From: a virus | Taxonomy: Duplodnaviria; Caudoviricetes | DNA: 53,471 nucleotides | Strand: one strand, 5' to 3' | Virus record (IMG/VR): IMGVR_UViG_3300009169_000028 | Coordinates: 1-53,471 of that record | Shown: positions 37,110-46,268 of the stretch, piece after piece | Position numbering within the stretch: the first letter of the stretch is position 1 | Layout of the letters: the number at the start of each line of letters is the position of its first letter | Position numbers and translations under genes: made by a program | The notes under the pieces: generated by a model | Database searches by the model: none | Told to the model about the DNA's origin: nothing | What the model saw: only the letters and a program-made list of their open reading frames with translations

Positions 37110-37913
37110 ATGGGCGTGCTGGTGGTGGCTCCGAACCGGCCGGATTTGCCGAACGTAACGCAAGAAGCGGCGGCGGTGGTGAATGCGCTGGGCGGGCGCC
37201 TGCTGCAGGGGCCGGTGGCGGAACAGGATGTGCGCGACGCAGCCGCCGAGGGCGGCTTCGACGGGATCTGGTTCGCCACACATGCCGGGCTGACGCCGGA
37301 GGGGGAGGTGCGGGTGCAGCTCTCCTCGGAGCTGCTGAGCGAGGCGGCGGTGGTGGCGTATGTGGCGGCGTCGGGGGCGTCCTGGTGTTTTCTGAATACG
37401 TGCGGGTCCAACGTACTCGGGCTGCGCATCCTGGACGAGACGCCGGCGGATGTGATTTGCACGGTGAGCCCAAACCCGGACCCCACGGCGATGCGCACGG
37501 GCGTGCTGTTCGCCAGGCAGTTGGCGCTGTTGGGCGACCCACGGGCAGCCTATGAGCGGTCGAAACCGGGCGGGAATCGGCTTTACACGTACCTGGACAA
37601 CTACAGGCGGCGCGAGATGGCAGCGGTAAACAACAATCCAGCCGGCAATTTTGTGGGGTATCCGGCGTCAGACCGATTGCAGGCGACAATGGATGATATG
37701 CGGAAAGACATGGCAAAGGTCGGGGCAGACGTTGAGGTACTCAAATCACAGACGGCCCGGATCGAGACGCGCCAGCAGCGGATGGAGGACCGGCTCGATG
37801 AGATCGAGCGGGTTTTGCAGCCGGCGCCAACCTGGCAGACGTGGGCGATGTTGCTCTTCGGCTTGATCGCCTGTATCGGGATCGTGTTTTTGTTGATGCG
37901 CGCGGGGGGTTGA
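37110..37913 (+). CDS. CHAT (caspase-like) domain - coiled coil - TM protein
   Basis: LPNVTQEA, IWFATHAG (His), CFLNTCGS (Cys); coiled coil; C-terminal TM helix. Confidence 0.65.
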   Translation: MGVLVVAPNRPDLPNVTQEAAAVVNALGGRLLQGPVAEQDVRDAAAEGGFDGIWFATHAGLTPEGEVRVQLSSELLSEAAVVAYVAASGASWCFLNTCGSNVLGLRILDETPADVICTVSPNPDPTAMRTGVLFARQLALLGDPRAAYERSKPGGNRLYTYLDNYRRREMAAVNNNPAGNFVGYPASDRLQATMDDMRKDMAKVGADVEVLKSQTARIETRQQRMEDRLDEIERVLQPAPTWQTWAMLLFGLIACIGIVFLLMRAGG

Positions 37914-37916
37914 TCT

Positions 37917-38198
37917 ATGCCGATCGTTTACGCGCTGCTGTGCGGGATGCTGATCTACGTTGCGATCCTGGCGCTATTCGGGCGGCGGATGATCTGCAAT
38001 CGTTGGGCGCTGGCGGTGGGCAGCCTGTCGCTGGCGGTGTCGTTCGCGATGCTGGCGCTGAGCACGTCGGGGATCACCCGGCATGGGACACATACGCTGC
38101 TCACGCGGGCCGGTTTTATCGGGTACGGGGTGAGTCTGGCGGTGATCATCGGCTGGTATTGGCTGGCGGCCTGGCGGTCCAGGGGGCGCGCTGAGTGA
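37917..38198 (+). CDS. Small 3-TM membrane protein (holin-like)
   Basis: 93 aa, three hydrophobic helices, basic C-terminus. Confidence 0.6.
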   Translation: MPIVYALLCGMLIYVAILALFGRRMICNRWALAVGSLSLAVSFAMLALSTSGITRHGTHTLLTRAGFIGYGVSLAVIIGWYWLAAWRSRGRAE

Positions 38199-38201
38199 GT
38201 G

Positions 38202-38221
38202 CCGATAAGGGCGATACTGGG
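38202..38221 (-). repeat. Dispersed dif-like site 13
   Basis: + strand CCGATAA-GGGCGA-TACTGGG. Confidence 0.78.
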
Positions 38222-38223
38222 TA

Positions 38224-38649
38224 ATGAGAGACACGATTCGGGCTTATTTGGCGGCTGACACGACGTTGATGGCGATTCTCACCGGGGGGCTGTACGCAGG
38301 CGGAGAGATCAGCCGGCAGGATACGGCCGCGGCGTTCGATGCGAACAAGGAGATTTTGCCGTGCGGGTTGGTAGCCCTCGAGGCGCAGGTGCCGGGCGGG
38401 CCGTTCACGGCGAGCGGGATGACGAGCGAACGGCTGTTCTTCACAGTAACGTTTTGGCAGCGGAGTGGGTACACGTCCATCGATGCGGCGCTCGACGAGA
38501 CGTTCGTGCGGCTGCATGATTCGAAAATCGGGCAGGGGACGAAGCTGTGGACGGTGCGGCACGCGGAGGATTCGGCAGACCTGATGGATCCGGGGCTGCT
38601 GTGTCCGATGAAATACGGGCGGTACGAGATGATCCGGAGAAGGTCGTGA
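38224..38649 (+). CDS. Tail terminator / completion protein
   Basis: IRAYLAADTTLMAILTGGLY; size and position. Confidence 0.65.
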   Translation: MRDTIRAYLAADTTLMAILTGGLYAGGEISRQDTAAAFDANKEILPCGLVALEAQVPGGPFTASGMTSERLFFTVTFWQRSGYTSIDAALDETFVRLHDSKIGQGTKLWTVRHAEDSADLMDPGLLCPMKYGRYEMIRRRS

Positions 38650-39473
38650 TGTTGCGGTCGTGCATGTGTACGCAGGCGCAGTTGGAGTCTAGGATGTTCC
38701 AGGCGTGGGGAGCGCGCTTGGGGGAGCGGCCGCGACATTTGCACCGCAAGGTGTGGGAGTATTGCTACATCAGCCAGGCGCTCGACGAGCGGGGGTTGTT
38801 GGGGCCGGGGCGGCGAGGGTTGGGGTTTGCGGTGGGGCAGGAGCCGCTGCCGGCGATGTTCGTCAGCCTGGGCTGCAATGTCGTGGCGACGGATCTGGAC
38901 GCGACAGAAGCGGGCGCACAGGAGTGGGCGGCGCGGGGAATGCACGCCGATTCGTTGGAGTCGCTGAACGGCCGGGGGCTGTGCGAGCCGGCGCTGTTCC
39001 GGGAGCGGGCGAGTTTTCGTTGCCTGGATATGCGGGCGCTGCCGCCGGTGGCCGAGCTGGGCCGGTTCGATTTCATCTGGTCGGCGTGTGCGCTGGAGCA
39101 CCTAGGGACGCTGGAGCGTGGAGAGCACTTCATTTTCCAGTCACTCCGGTATCTGCGGCCGGGCGGGGTTGCGGTGCATACGACAGAGTACAACGTGGCG
39201 TCGAATACCTCGACGATCACGGCGGGGCAGAGCAATATCTTCCGGCGCCAGGACCTGGAGCGGATCGGGGCCGATCTGCGCTGGATGGGGTACGGGGTGG
39301 ACCTGGATTTTGCGGATGGGGATCGGCCCGGTGATGGGGTAGTGGATCCGTTTCCGTACACGGGTGAGGTGCATTTGAAGCTGCTGCTGGGCGGGTATGT
39401 GGCGACGTCGTTCGGGTTGATTATCGAAGCCCCTTCGACGAGCTCAGGGCGCGGGGATAAGGGGGGAGAGTGA
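38649..39473 (+). CDS. Class I SAM-dependent methyltransferase
   Basis: GLGFAVGQE, VVATD, FDFIWSACALEHLG, LRPGG. Confidence 0.8.
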   Translation: MLRSCMCTQAQLESRMFQAWGARLGERPRHLHRKVWEYCYISQALDERGLLGPGRRGLGFAVGQEPLPAMFVSLGCNVVATDLDATEAGAQEWAARGMHADSLESLNGRGLCEPALFRERASFRCLDMRALPPVAELGRFDFIWSACALEHLGTLERGEHFIFQSLRYLRPGGVAVHTTEYNVASNTSTITAGQSNIFRRQDLERIGADLRWMGYGVDLDFADGDRPGDGVVDPFPYTGEVHLKLLLGGYVATSFGLIIEAPSTSSGRGDKGGE

Positions 39474-40483
39474 CGAAGACGTTCATGGGGCATCAGATGC
39501 CGATGGATGGGTACGGCTACGGGACGATCAAGATCGCCGAGCAGCTCCGGCCGGCCGGGTGGGAGGTGATCGATATGTGCACGGCCCACGGCGCGTACGA
39601 TCTTGGGGATGGCCGGAGCTGGTGGTTGGATGGCCAGGTCGTAGCGCTGTGTATGCCGGACTGGCTGCCACGGATCGACGCGTCCGATGGGGTGATCGCG
39701 TACACGATGTTCGAGGCGACGAAGCTGCCGGCGGGCTGGGCAGCGGAGATCAACCGGTACGCCAGGGCGTTGATCGTGCCGTGCCAGTGGAATGTGGATG
39801 TGTTTCGGGAGAACGGGGTGACCGTGCCGATTCATGTGGCGAAGTGGGGGGTGGATGCGGAGGACTATCCCCTCTCACGCAAAGGCGCAAAGACGCAAAG
39901 GGGACCTTACACCTTCTTATGGAGCGGGACGCCCGATAGGCGGAAAGGGTACGATTTGGCGTACCGGTGTTTCTTCCAGGCGTTCGGGCATGATCCCGAT
40001 GTGCGGCTGGTGATGCACTTCCGGCGGCGGCCGCTGGGGTTGACGGGAGTGCGGGACCCGAACGTGAAGATCATCGAGGGGATGTTCGACCGGCCGGTGC
40101 TGCGCTCGATGCTGCGGCGGGCGGATGCGTATGTGTTTCCCTCGCGCGGCGAGGGGTGGGGATCGCCGCCACGCGAGGCGGCTGCGACCGGGCTGCCGGT
40201 GATCGCGACGAATTACGGCGGACTGGCAGATGAAATCGAGCACTGGGCGCTGCCGTTGCGGGTGGCGGGATTTTCGCCGGCGGATTATGGCTGCGCTGAG
40301 TGGGATGATCTCGGCGAGTGGGCGGAGCCGGATCCGGAGCATCTGATTGAGCTGATGCGCTGGTGCGTCGAACATCGGGACGAGGCGGCGGCCGGCGGGC
40401 GAGCGGCGGCCGAGTGGCTGCAGGCGAATGCCGGGTGGGAGCGGACGGCGCGGCGGGTGGCTGAGGTGGCGGCGGAGACCTGA
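39470..40483 (+). CDS. GT4-family (GT-B) glycosyltransferase
   Basis: RKGYD, YVFPSRGEGWGSPPREAAATGLPVIAT. Confidence 0.88.
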   Translation: MTKTFMGHQMPMDGYGYGTIKIAEQLRPAGWEVIDMCTAHGAYDLGDGRSWWLDGQVVALCMPDWLPRIDASDGVIAYTMFEATKLPAGWAAEINRYARALIVPCQWNVDVFRENGVTVPIHVAKWGVDAEDYPLSRKGAKTQRGPYTFLWSGTPDRRKGYDLAYRCFFQAFGHDPDVRLVMHFRRRPLGLTGVRDPNVKIIEGMFDRPVLRSMLRRADAYVFPSRGEGWGSPPREAAATGLPVIATNYGGLADEIEHWALPLRVAGFSPADYGCAEWDDLGEWAEPDPEHLIELMRWCVEHRDEAAAGGRAAAEWLQANAGWERTARRVAEVAAET

Positions 40484-40651
40484 CAGATTTGCGAAACCTG
40501 TCAGGTCTGGCCCAGCGGCGGCGGCGATTGTGGGGAGCCTACGGCCCCCGGTCGCGGCGGTGCGCTGTGGGATGTGGGTGATGAGAGTAGGGCGAGAGAT
40601 TGCTTTGGCGCTGCGGCGCCTCGCAATGACAGGACGATAGGAGATAGGGAG

Positions 40652-41188
40652 ATGGGTGAGATTGCGATGGCAGGGTACGGGCAGTATCCGTTCGGGATCC
40701 GGCAGATCATCATCGTCAACAGCGGCGGCACGAGCTACACGGCGCTGCCGGCGGCGCAGACGTTGAAATTCGGTGAGCGGATCGTGAGCGAGGAGCTGCA
40801 GGGCAACGATCAGGTCAGCGCCCTGGTGGCGATGACCGACGCGGTGGAGTGGGAGCTGGAGCACGGCGGGATCTCGCTGGAGGCGTATGCGCTGATGACC
40901 GGGCGCACCGTCACCGAGAGCGGGACGACGCCTTCCCAGATCAACACGCTGGCGGCCAGGGCCGGCGCCAATATGCCGTATTTCAAGATCTACGGCAAGG
41001 CGCTCGGCGAGGGTCTCGACGACATCCATGTCAAGCTCCCGAAGTGCAAGATCACGGACACCATTGAAGGCGAGTTCGCCAACGGTGGGTTCTTCGTGAC
41101 GAAGTGCAAGGGGATCGCGCTGGACAACGGGTCGAACCTGTTCGAGTTCGTGCAGAACGAGACGGCGGCGGCATTGCCGACGACGTGA
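40652..41188 (+). CDS. Major tail tube protein
   Basis: PFGIRQI, ELQGND, PYFKIYGK; precedes tail chaperone and tape measure. Confidence 0.75.
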   Translation: MGEIAMAGYGQYPFGIRQIIIVNSGGTSYTALPAAQTLKFGERIVSEELQGNDQVSALVAMTDAVEWELEHGGISLEAYALMTGRTVTESGTTPSQINTLAARAGANMPYFKIYGKALGEGLDDIHVKLPKCKITDTIEGEFANGGFFVTKCKGIALDNGSNLFEFVQNETAAALPTT

Positions 41189-41261
41189 GACTGGGACACG
41201 GAGACACGGAGACACAGGGACGGGGCGACACGGGGATCCCCGTCCCTAACAGGAGGATTTG

Positions 41262-41720
41262 ATGACGGATAAGAGACTGGCGCTGGCTGCGTGGCGCGCG
41301 GGGCGGACGGAGGAGGTGGCGCTGCCGTCGGGGTTGACGGTGACGGCGCGGCGGATCACGTTGGAGGATGTGATCATGTCCGGGGATATTCCGAAGCCGC
41401 TGCTGGGGATGATCGATACGTTGCGTTCTGAGGGGTCCATCGATGTGTCGAACATCGAGCGCATAATGGAGTTCATGCCGCTGATCAATCACACGGTGCG
41501 AATGGCGATCGTCGAGCCGCCGATGGCGGACATGGCCGATGACGAGCACATGAGCATCGAGGAGCTGCCGGCGGGGGATCGGTTGGCGCTGTTCTCGTGG
41601 CTGGTGCAGCCGGCGGCAAAGATTGCCCCCTTTCGTCCGGAACCGGGAGGAACTGTGGCTGCTGCACCAAGTGGCGCAGACGTACAGCAGCCGGCCAAGC
41701 GCGATCCTGTGCCTCTCTGA
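41262..41720 (+). CDS. Tail assembly chaperone (G)
   Basis: AGGAGG RBS; position between tail tube and tape measure genes. Confidence 0.7.
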   Translation: MTDKRLALAAWRAGRTEEVALPSGLTVTARRITLEDVIMSGDIPKPLLGMIDTLRSEGSIDVSNIERIMEFMPLINHTVRMAIVEPPMADMADDEHMSIEELPAGDRLALFSWLVQPAAKIAPFRPEPGGTVAAAPSGADVQQPAKRDPVPL

Positions 41721-41961
41721 TTCATGGCTGGCGTACGAGGTGGATGTGGCGGCGCTGCTGTTGGGGCGGCGGGTCGAGGCGCTGATAGCCGATGGGAAGA
41801 CGAGCGTGGCTGAGGCGCTGAGCAGACTGGAGCAGGAGTCAGGGGTCAGGGGACAGGGGTCAGGGGTCAGGGATCAGGGGGCGTGGGCGAATCAGAAGTG
41901 GCGAGATCCACGGCCGTATGTGTCGAAGAGGATGGAGATACCCGAAAGTGGGATCTGGTGA
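41623..41961 (+). CDS. Tail assembly chaperone frameshift extension (T)
   Basis: Overlaps G in the +1 frame with no convincing RBS or start; overlap begins at GCC CCC TTT CGT. Confidence 0.55.
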   Translation: MPPFVRNREELWLLHQVAQTYSSRPSAILCLSDSWLAYEVDVAALLLGRRVEALIADGKTSVAEALSRLEQESGVRGQGSGVRDQGAWANQKWRDPRPYVSKRMEIPESGIW

Positions 41962-41973
41962 CAAGCCTCTCCT

Positions 41974-41993
41974 CCGGGTAGAGCCATTATAGG
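41974..41993 (+). repeat. Dispersed dif-like site 14
   Basis: CCGGGTA-GAGCCA-TTATAGG. Confidence 0.8.
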
Positions 41994-42002
41994 AAGTGCT
42001 GG

Positions 42003-45000
42003 ATGGCGATCGAGCTAGGGTCGGCGGTCGGTAAAATCGAGATCGACAGCTCCGGTGTGACGGCTGGGATCGAGGCGGCTAAGAGGGGCCTGCAGGGCGC
42101 GCAGACGTCGCTGGCGTCCTTTGGCAGCTCGGCGAAGCAGGCGGGCGCGGGGCTGATGTCGATGGGCGCGCCGCTGGTGGCGTTCGGCGGGATCGCGGCG
42201 AAGGTGGCCGGCGATTTTGAGAGCCAGATGAACATCCTCTCCGTGGCGGCCCGAGGCGGGAGCACGAGCCTGGAGGACCTGCGCAACGTGGCGATCACGG
42301 CAGGCCAGGATGTACGACTGGTGGGGGTGAGCGCGGCGGATGTGGCCGGCGCCATGACCGGCTTCGCCAAAGCAGGACTCAACACGAACCAGATGCTCGG
42401 CGACATGCAGGGCTATCTCGCCGGGACGACGGAGATGGGCGGCGCGCTGAGGGCGGCGATTGATCTGGCCGCGGCCAGCGAGCTGGATCTGGGTCAGGCC
42501 TCTGACCTGGTGACGATCACCATGAACACGTTCGGGCTGAGCGCCGACCAGGTAGTGGGCGCGATGAGCAACTACGTGCAGGCGGCAGACGCCAGCGTGG
42601 CCAGCGTGAGTGATCTGCGGGATGCGATGATCAACATCGGGCCAACGGCCGCGTCGTTCGGTTTCAGCCTGGCGGATGTGAACACGGCGCTGGCGCTCCT
42701 CTCCACGCGCGGCATTCAGGGCGCAGAGGCCGGGACGGCGCTGAAGAGCATGCTGACCAACATCATGCGCGGGTCGAAGGAGAGCGAGCAGGCGCTCAAG
42801 GATCTGAATATCACGCTCTATGACGAGCAGGGCGCCATGCGGTCGCTGCCGGAGATCATCAGCCAACTCCAGTATGCGCTCAACGGGCTCACAGACGAGC
42901 AGCGGAACGCCTATATCCAGACGCTGGCCGGCACCTACGGCATGAAGGCGATGAACACGCTGCTGGCCGACGGCGAGGACGCCTGGAATAATATGGAGAG
43001 CTCGATTGCCGGTGCGGCGACGATGCAGCAGAGCGCGGCTGCGCAGACGAAGGGTTTCAATGCTGCGATGGAGAACCTGAAGTCGAGCATCGAGACGTTC
43101 ATGATTACGGCCGGGACGCCGCTGATCGAGAACGTGTTTACGCCACTGGTGAAGATCCTGACCGAGGTGATGGGCAAGCTGGCGAAGATGAACCCGAACT
43201 GGATCAAGTGGGCGGTGATCATCGGTGGGGTGATCACCGCGGTCGGCGGGTTCCTGATGATCGTGGGCCAGGCGGCGGCGGGGATCTCGGCCATCGCCGG
43301 GCTGGTCGGGCTGGCCGGGCCGCTCTTTGCTGGGTTGGGCGCGGCGGTGGCGGCTGCTGCGGCGGCGATCGGGGCGGCGCTGGCGCCGGTTCTGCTGATC
43401 GTGGCGGCCGTGGCGGCCGTGGCGGCGCTGTTGTACCTAGCCTGGAAGAATAACTTCCTGGGCATTCGTGATATTGTCGAGCAGCTTGGCTATGCGGTCG
43501 AAGCTGTTTTTGCATTCATCAAGGAATCGTTCGCAGCCATTGGTGCGTTTCTTCGAGGTGACATTTCTTTCGAACAACTTGTCGATAAGGTGAAGAGTGC
43601 CTTTGGAGATCTGCGAGACGCGCTTGATGAAATCCTGCCGAATATCAAAGCCACGATTGACAAACACTTCGGTCGCATACGTGATGCCGCCGGTAAAATC
43701 TGGGACAAGCTTATCGAATCGCTTGGCCCGCTTGGGCAATTCATCGATGGCATTCGTGTCGTTTTTGAAAACGTGTTTGGAGTAATCCAAGACGCTCTCG
43801 GCAGAATCGTCGAAACAATCGGCGCTTTTTGGAAGCTGATCACCGGCAAGCTCAGTTGGAAAGACTTCGTTGGCGAACTTGGCGGTATTTGGGACACGTT
43901 TGGCGACGTGATTGACGAGTCCTGGACAAACATCCTCGCCGTGATAACCCGTGCCTGGGAAGCGATCAAAGTCGTGATTCGCGCTGCAATCTCGGCAGTT
44001 GGCGGAATCATTTTGAATGGTATCGCTGAGTTCATCGCCCCGCTCGTGGGTGGAATGGACAACGCCAAGCGGATCGTGACTGAGGCGTGGGAGAATATCA
44101 AGACGTTCCTGGCTGGGGTGTGGGAGACGATCTCGACCTCGGCGGCAGCAGCGTGGGAGGCATTGAAGGGGATCATCCAGACGGCCATCGAGGCGCTGCG
44201 GACGGTGATCGCCGTGGTGCTGGCCGGGATCTCCGGCGATTGGGGCACGGCCTGGGAGGCGCTGAAGAGTGGCGTCGGCCGGGTGTTCGGGGAGATCGCC
44301 GAGACGGTGGGCCGGGTGGCGGAGACGATCCGCACGGGGCTGGCGGGTAAGTGGGAGAGCATCCGGGCCGGGGCGGCGGAGAAATGGGAGGCGGTCCGGG
44401 CGGGGGCTTCCGAGAAGTGGGAGTCGGTCTGGACGACGATCTCCGGCGTGGTCGGGCGGATCCGTGATTTCGTGGTGACGACCCTCGGCGAGCTGGTGAC
44501 GGCGGCGGCTGGCCTGTTCGGGAAGGTGTTGGATGCGATCGCCGGCAGGGGCGCGGGCGAGGGGGCCGGCGGCGCCGGGTTGGGCGGGCTGTTGAACGTG
44601 GAGCAACTCAGGCTCACGATTACGCAGGTGGTGACGGCGCTGCAGGGGATGCAGGCGCAGATCGGGTTGATCTGGGCGGGGATCCAGCTTAGCACGACGA
44701 CGGCGTGGACGGCGATCCAACTTTTCTTCACGACCTGGCTGCTGACGCAGCAACTCGCTTTCATGCTCTGGCTGCAGAATCTACAGCTCATGTTTGCTTT
44801 GGCTTGGGCGACGATGCTGGCGAATACGCTGGCGCAGTGGGAGGCGATGCGGGCCGGAGCGGTGGCCGCGGCCCAGGCGCTCTATGACCAGGTGACCGTT
44901 ATCCTGAATCAGTTGGTGAGCGACGCTTACGACGCCGGGGTGGCGTTCGGCGAGCAGGTGGCGGAAGGCATCTATGATTCGATTGGTGCGGCGGTCGCGG

Positions 45001-45368
45001 CAGCGCAAGCACTGGCGAATGCGGTGAACGCGGTGCTTCCGCACTCGGATGCGGAAGAGGGGCCGCTGAGCCACCTGACGGCTTCGGGGCGGTCGATCCC
45101 AGAGACGCTGGCGAAGGGAATGCTGGCGGGCGCGGGTGTGCTGATGCAAGCGATGAATGGGATGCTGGCCAAGCCGATGTTACCAGCGCCGGCATTTGCT
45201 GCAGCGGCTCCGTATCCGGCCTCCGCCAGCCCGGCAGCGGGCAATGGGCGCGGCCAGACGCAGGCGCAGGCAATCAATGTGACGATCAACAATCCGGTGG
45301 GGGAGCCAGTGGAGACGAGCATCGTGCGGCAGTTGCGGAATTTGCAGTATGTCGGGGTGCTGAGTTGA
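42003..45368 (+). CDS. Tape measure protein (TP901-type)
   Basis: 1121 aa; GIQGAEAGTALKSML; periodic Trp/Phe repeats; LPHSDAEEGPLS. Confidence 0.92.
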   Translation: MAIELGSAVGKIEIDSSGVTAGIEAAKRGLQGAQTSLASFGSSAKQAGAGLMSMGAPLVAFGGIAAKVAGDFESQMNILSVAARGGSTSLEDLRNVAITAGQDVRLVGVSAADVAGAMTGFAKAGLNTNQMLGDMQGYLAGTTEMGGALRAAIDLAAASELDLGQASDLVTITMNTFGLSADQVVGAMSNYVQAADASVASVSDLRDAMINIGPTAASFGFSLADVNTALALLSTRGIQGAEAGTALKSMLTNIMRGSKESEQALKDLNITLYDEQGAMRSLPEIISQLQYALNGLTDEQRNAYIQTLAGTYGMKAMNTLLADGEDAWNNMESSIAGAATMQQSAAAQTKGFNAAMENLKSSIETFMITAGTPLIENVFTPLVKILTEVMGKLAKMNPNWIKWAVIIGGVITAVGGFLMIVGQAAAGISAIAGLVGLAGPLFAGLGAAVAAAAAAIGAALAPVLLIVAAVAAVAALLYLAWKNNFLGIRDIVEQLGYAVEAVFAFIKESFAAIGAFLRGDISFEQLVDKVKSAFGDLRDALDEILPNIKATIDKHFGRIRDAAGKIWDKLIESLGPLGQFIDGIRVVFENVFGVIQDALGRIVETIGAFWKLITGKLSWKDFVGELGGIWDTFGDVIDESWTNILAVITRAWEAIKVVIRAAISAVGGIILNGIAEFIAPLVGGMDNAKRIVTEAWENIKTFLAGVWETISTSAAAAWEALKGIIQTAIEALRTVIAVVLAGISGDWGTAWEALKSGVGRVFGEIAETVGRVAETIRTGLAGKWESIRAGAAEKWEAVRAGASEKWESVWTTISGVVGRIRDFVVTTLGELVTAAAGLFGKVLDAIAGRGAGEGAGGAGLGGLLNVEQLRLTITQVVTALQGMQAQIGLIWAGIQLSTTTAWTAIQLFFTTWLLTQQLAFMLWLQNLQLMFALAWATMLANTLAQWEAMRAGAVAAAQALYDQVTVILNQLVSDAYDAGVAFGEQVAEGIYDSIGAAVAAAQALANAVNAVLPHSDAEEGPLSHLTASGRSIPETLAKGMLAGAGVLMQAMNGMLAKPMLPAPAFAAAAPYPASASPAAGNGRGQTQAQAINVTINNPVGEPVETSIVRQLRNLQYVGVLS

Positions 45369-45410
45369 GGGCGGGACGCGGGGACACGGCGACACGGGGA
45401 CACGGGGATT

Positions 45411-45430
45411 CCGGGTACGCACATTATAGG
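45411..45430 (+). repeat. Dispersed dif-like site 15
   Basis: CCGGGTA-CGCACA-TTATAGG. Confidence 0.8.
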
Positions 45431-45435
45431 AGCTG

Positions 45436-46227
45436 ATGGTGGCGCAGGCGTGGGAGTATGACGGGATCGATCTGACCCAGACGGGGTATAACGTGCGGTT
45501 GCTGGGGGCGCCGTTCGTCACGCCGGCGCGGCGCGGGGATAACGTGGTAATTCCAGGTAAGCCTGGGCGCTTTTACGTGTCGAAGCAGATCGATCAGCGG
45601 GTGCAAACGCTGGCGATGTGGGCGATCGACGAGCCAGTGGGGGGCGGAACGGAGTCCGAGGCGAACATGCTGGCTAACCTGGACGTGCTGCGGGGCTTGT
45701 TCGCCAGGGCTGGCCAGCACACACTGAAGCAGCAGTTCGGCTCGGCAGTGCGGACGGCGACGGTCGAGGTGGTAAACCAGGTGACGTTCGAGCCGAAGGT
45801 GGGGAACCTGGCGTATGTGTTCATGGTGGACTTCCTGATGGCCGATCCGCTGTGGTATGCGGAGTCGAAGACGACGGTCGGTCCGACGACGATCACAATG
45901 GCGTCGCAGAATATCACGGTGACGAACGCGGGGACGTATCAGAGCGAGAAGGCGATTTTCACGCTGGCGGGGCCGTTGAGCAATCCGAAGCTGACGATCG
46001 GCAGCGTCTGGGTGCAGTATACGGGAGCGATCGCCAGCGGGCAGAGCCTGGTGTTGACGTGCGAGACGTGGACGGCGCTGAAAGCCGGAGTGGATGTCAG
46101 TGGGGACATCACACACGAAGGGGCGCTGAGCTGGCTGCTGATCCCAGTCGGGGCGAATACGATGAATGTGGCAACGGGGACGACGGGCGGGAGCGTGAAG
46201 GTGGAGTTCTACGCGCCCTACGTGTGA
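45436..46227 (+). CDS. Distal tail protein (Dit)
   Basis: IPGKPG, FLMADPLWY, NAGT, IPVGANT; directly after the tape measure gene. Confidence 0.8.
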   Translation: MVAQAWEYDGIDLTQTGYNVRLLGAPFVTPARRGDNVVIPGKPGRFYVSKQIDQRVQTLAMWAIDEPVGGGTESEANMLANLDVLRGLFARAGQHTLKQQFGSAVRTATVEVVNQVTFEPKVGNLAYVFMVDFLMADPLWYAESKTTVGPTTITMASQNITVTNAGTYQSEKAIFTLAGPLSNPKLTIGSVWVQYTGAIASGQSLVLTCETWTALKAGVDVSGDITHEGALSWLLIPVGANTMNVATGTTGGSVKVEFYAPYV

Positions 46228-46268
46228 CACGGAGACGCGAGGACACGGAGACGCGGGGAGAGCGGATC

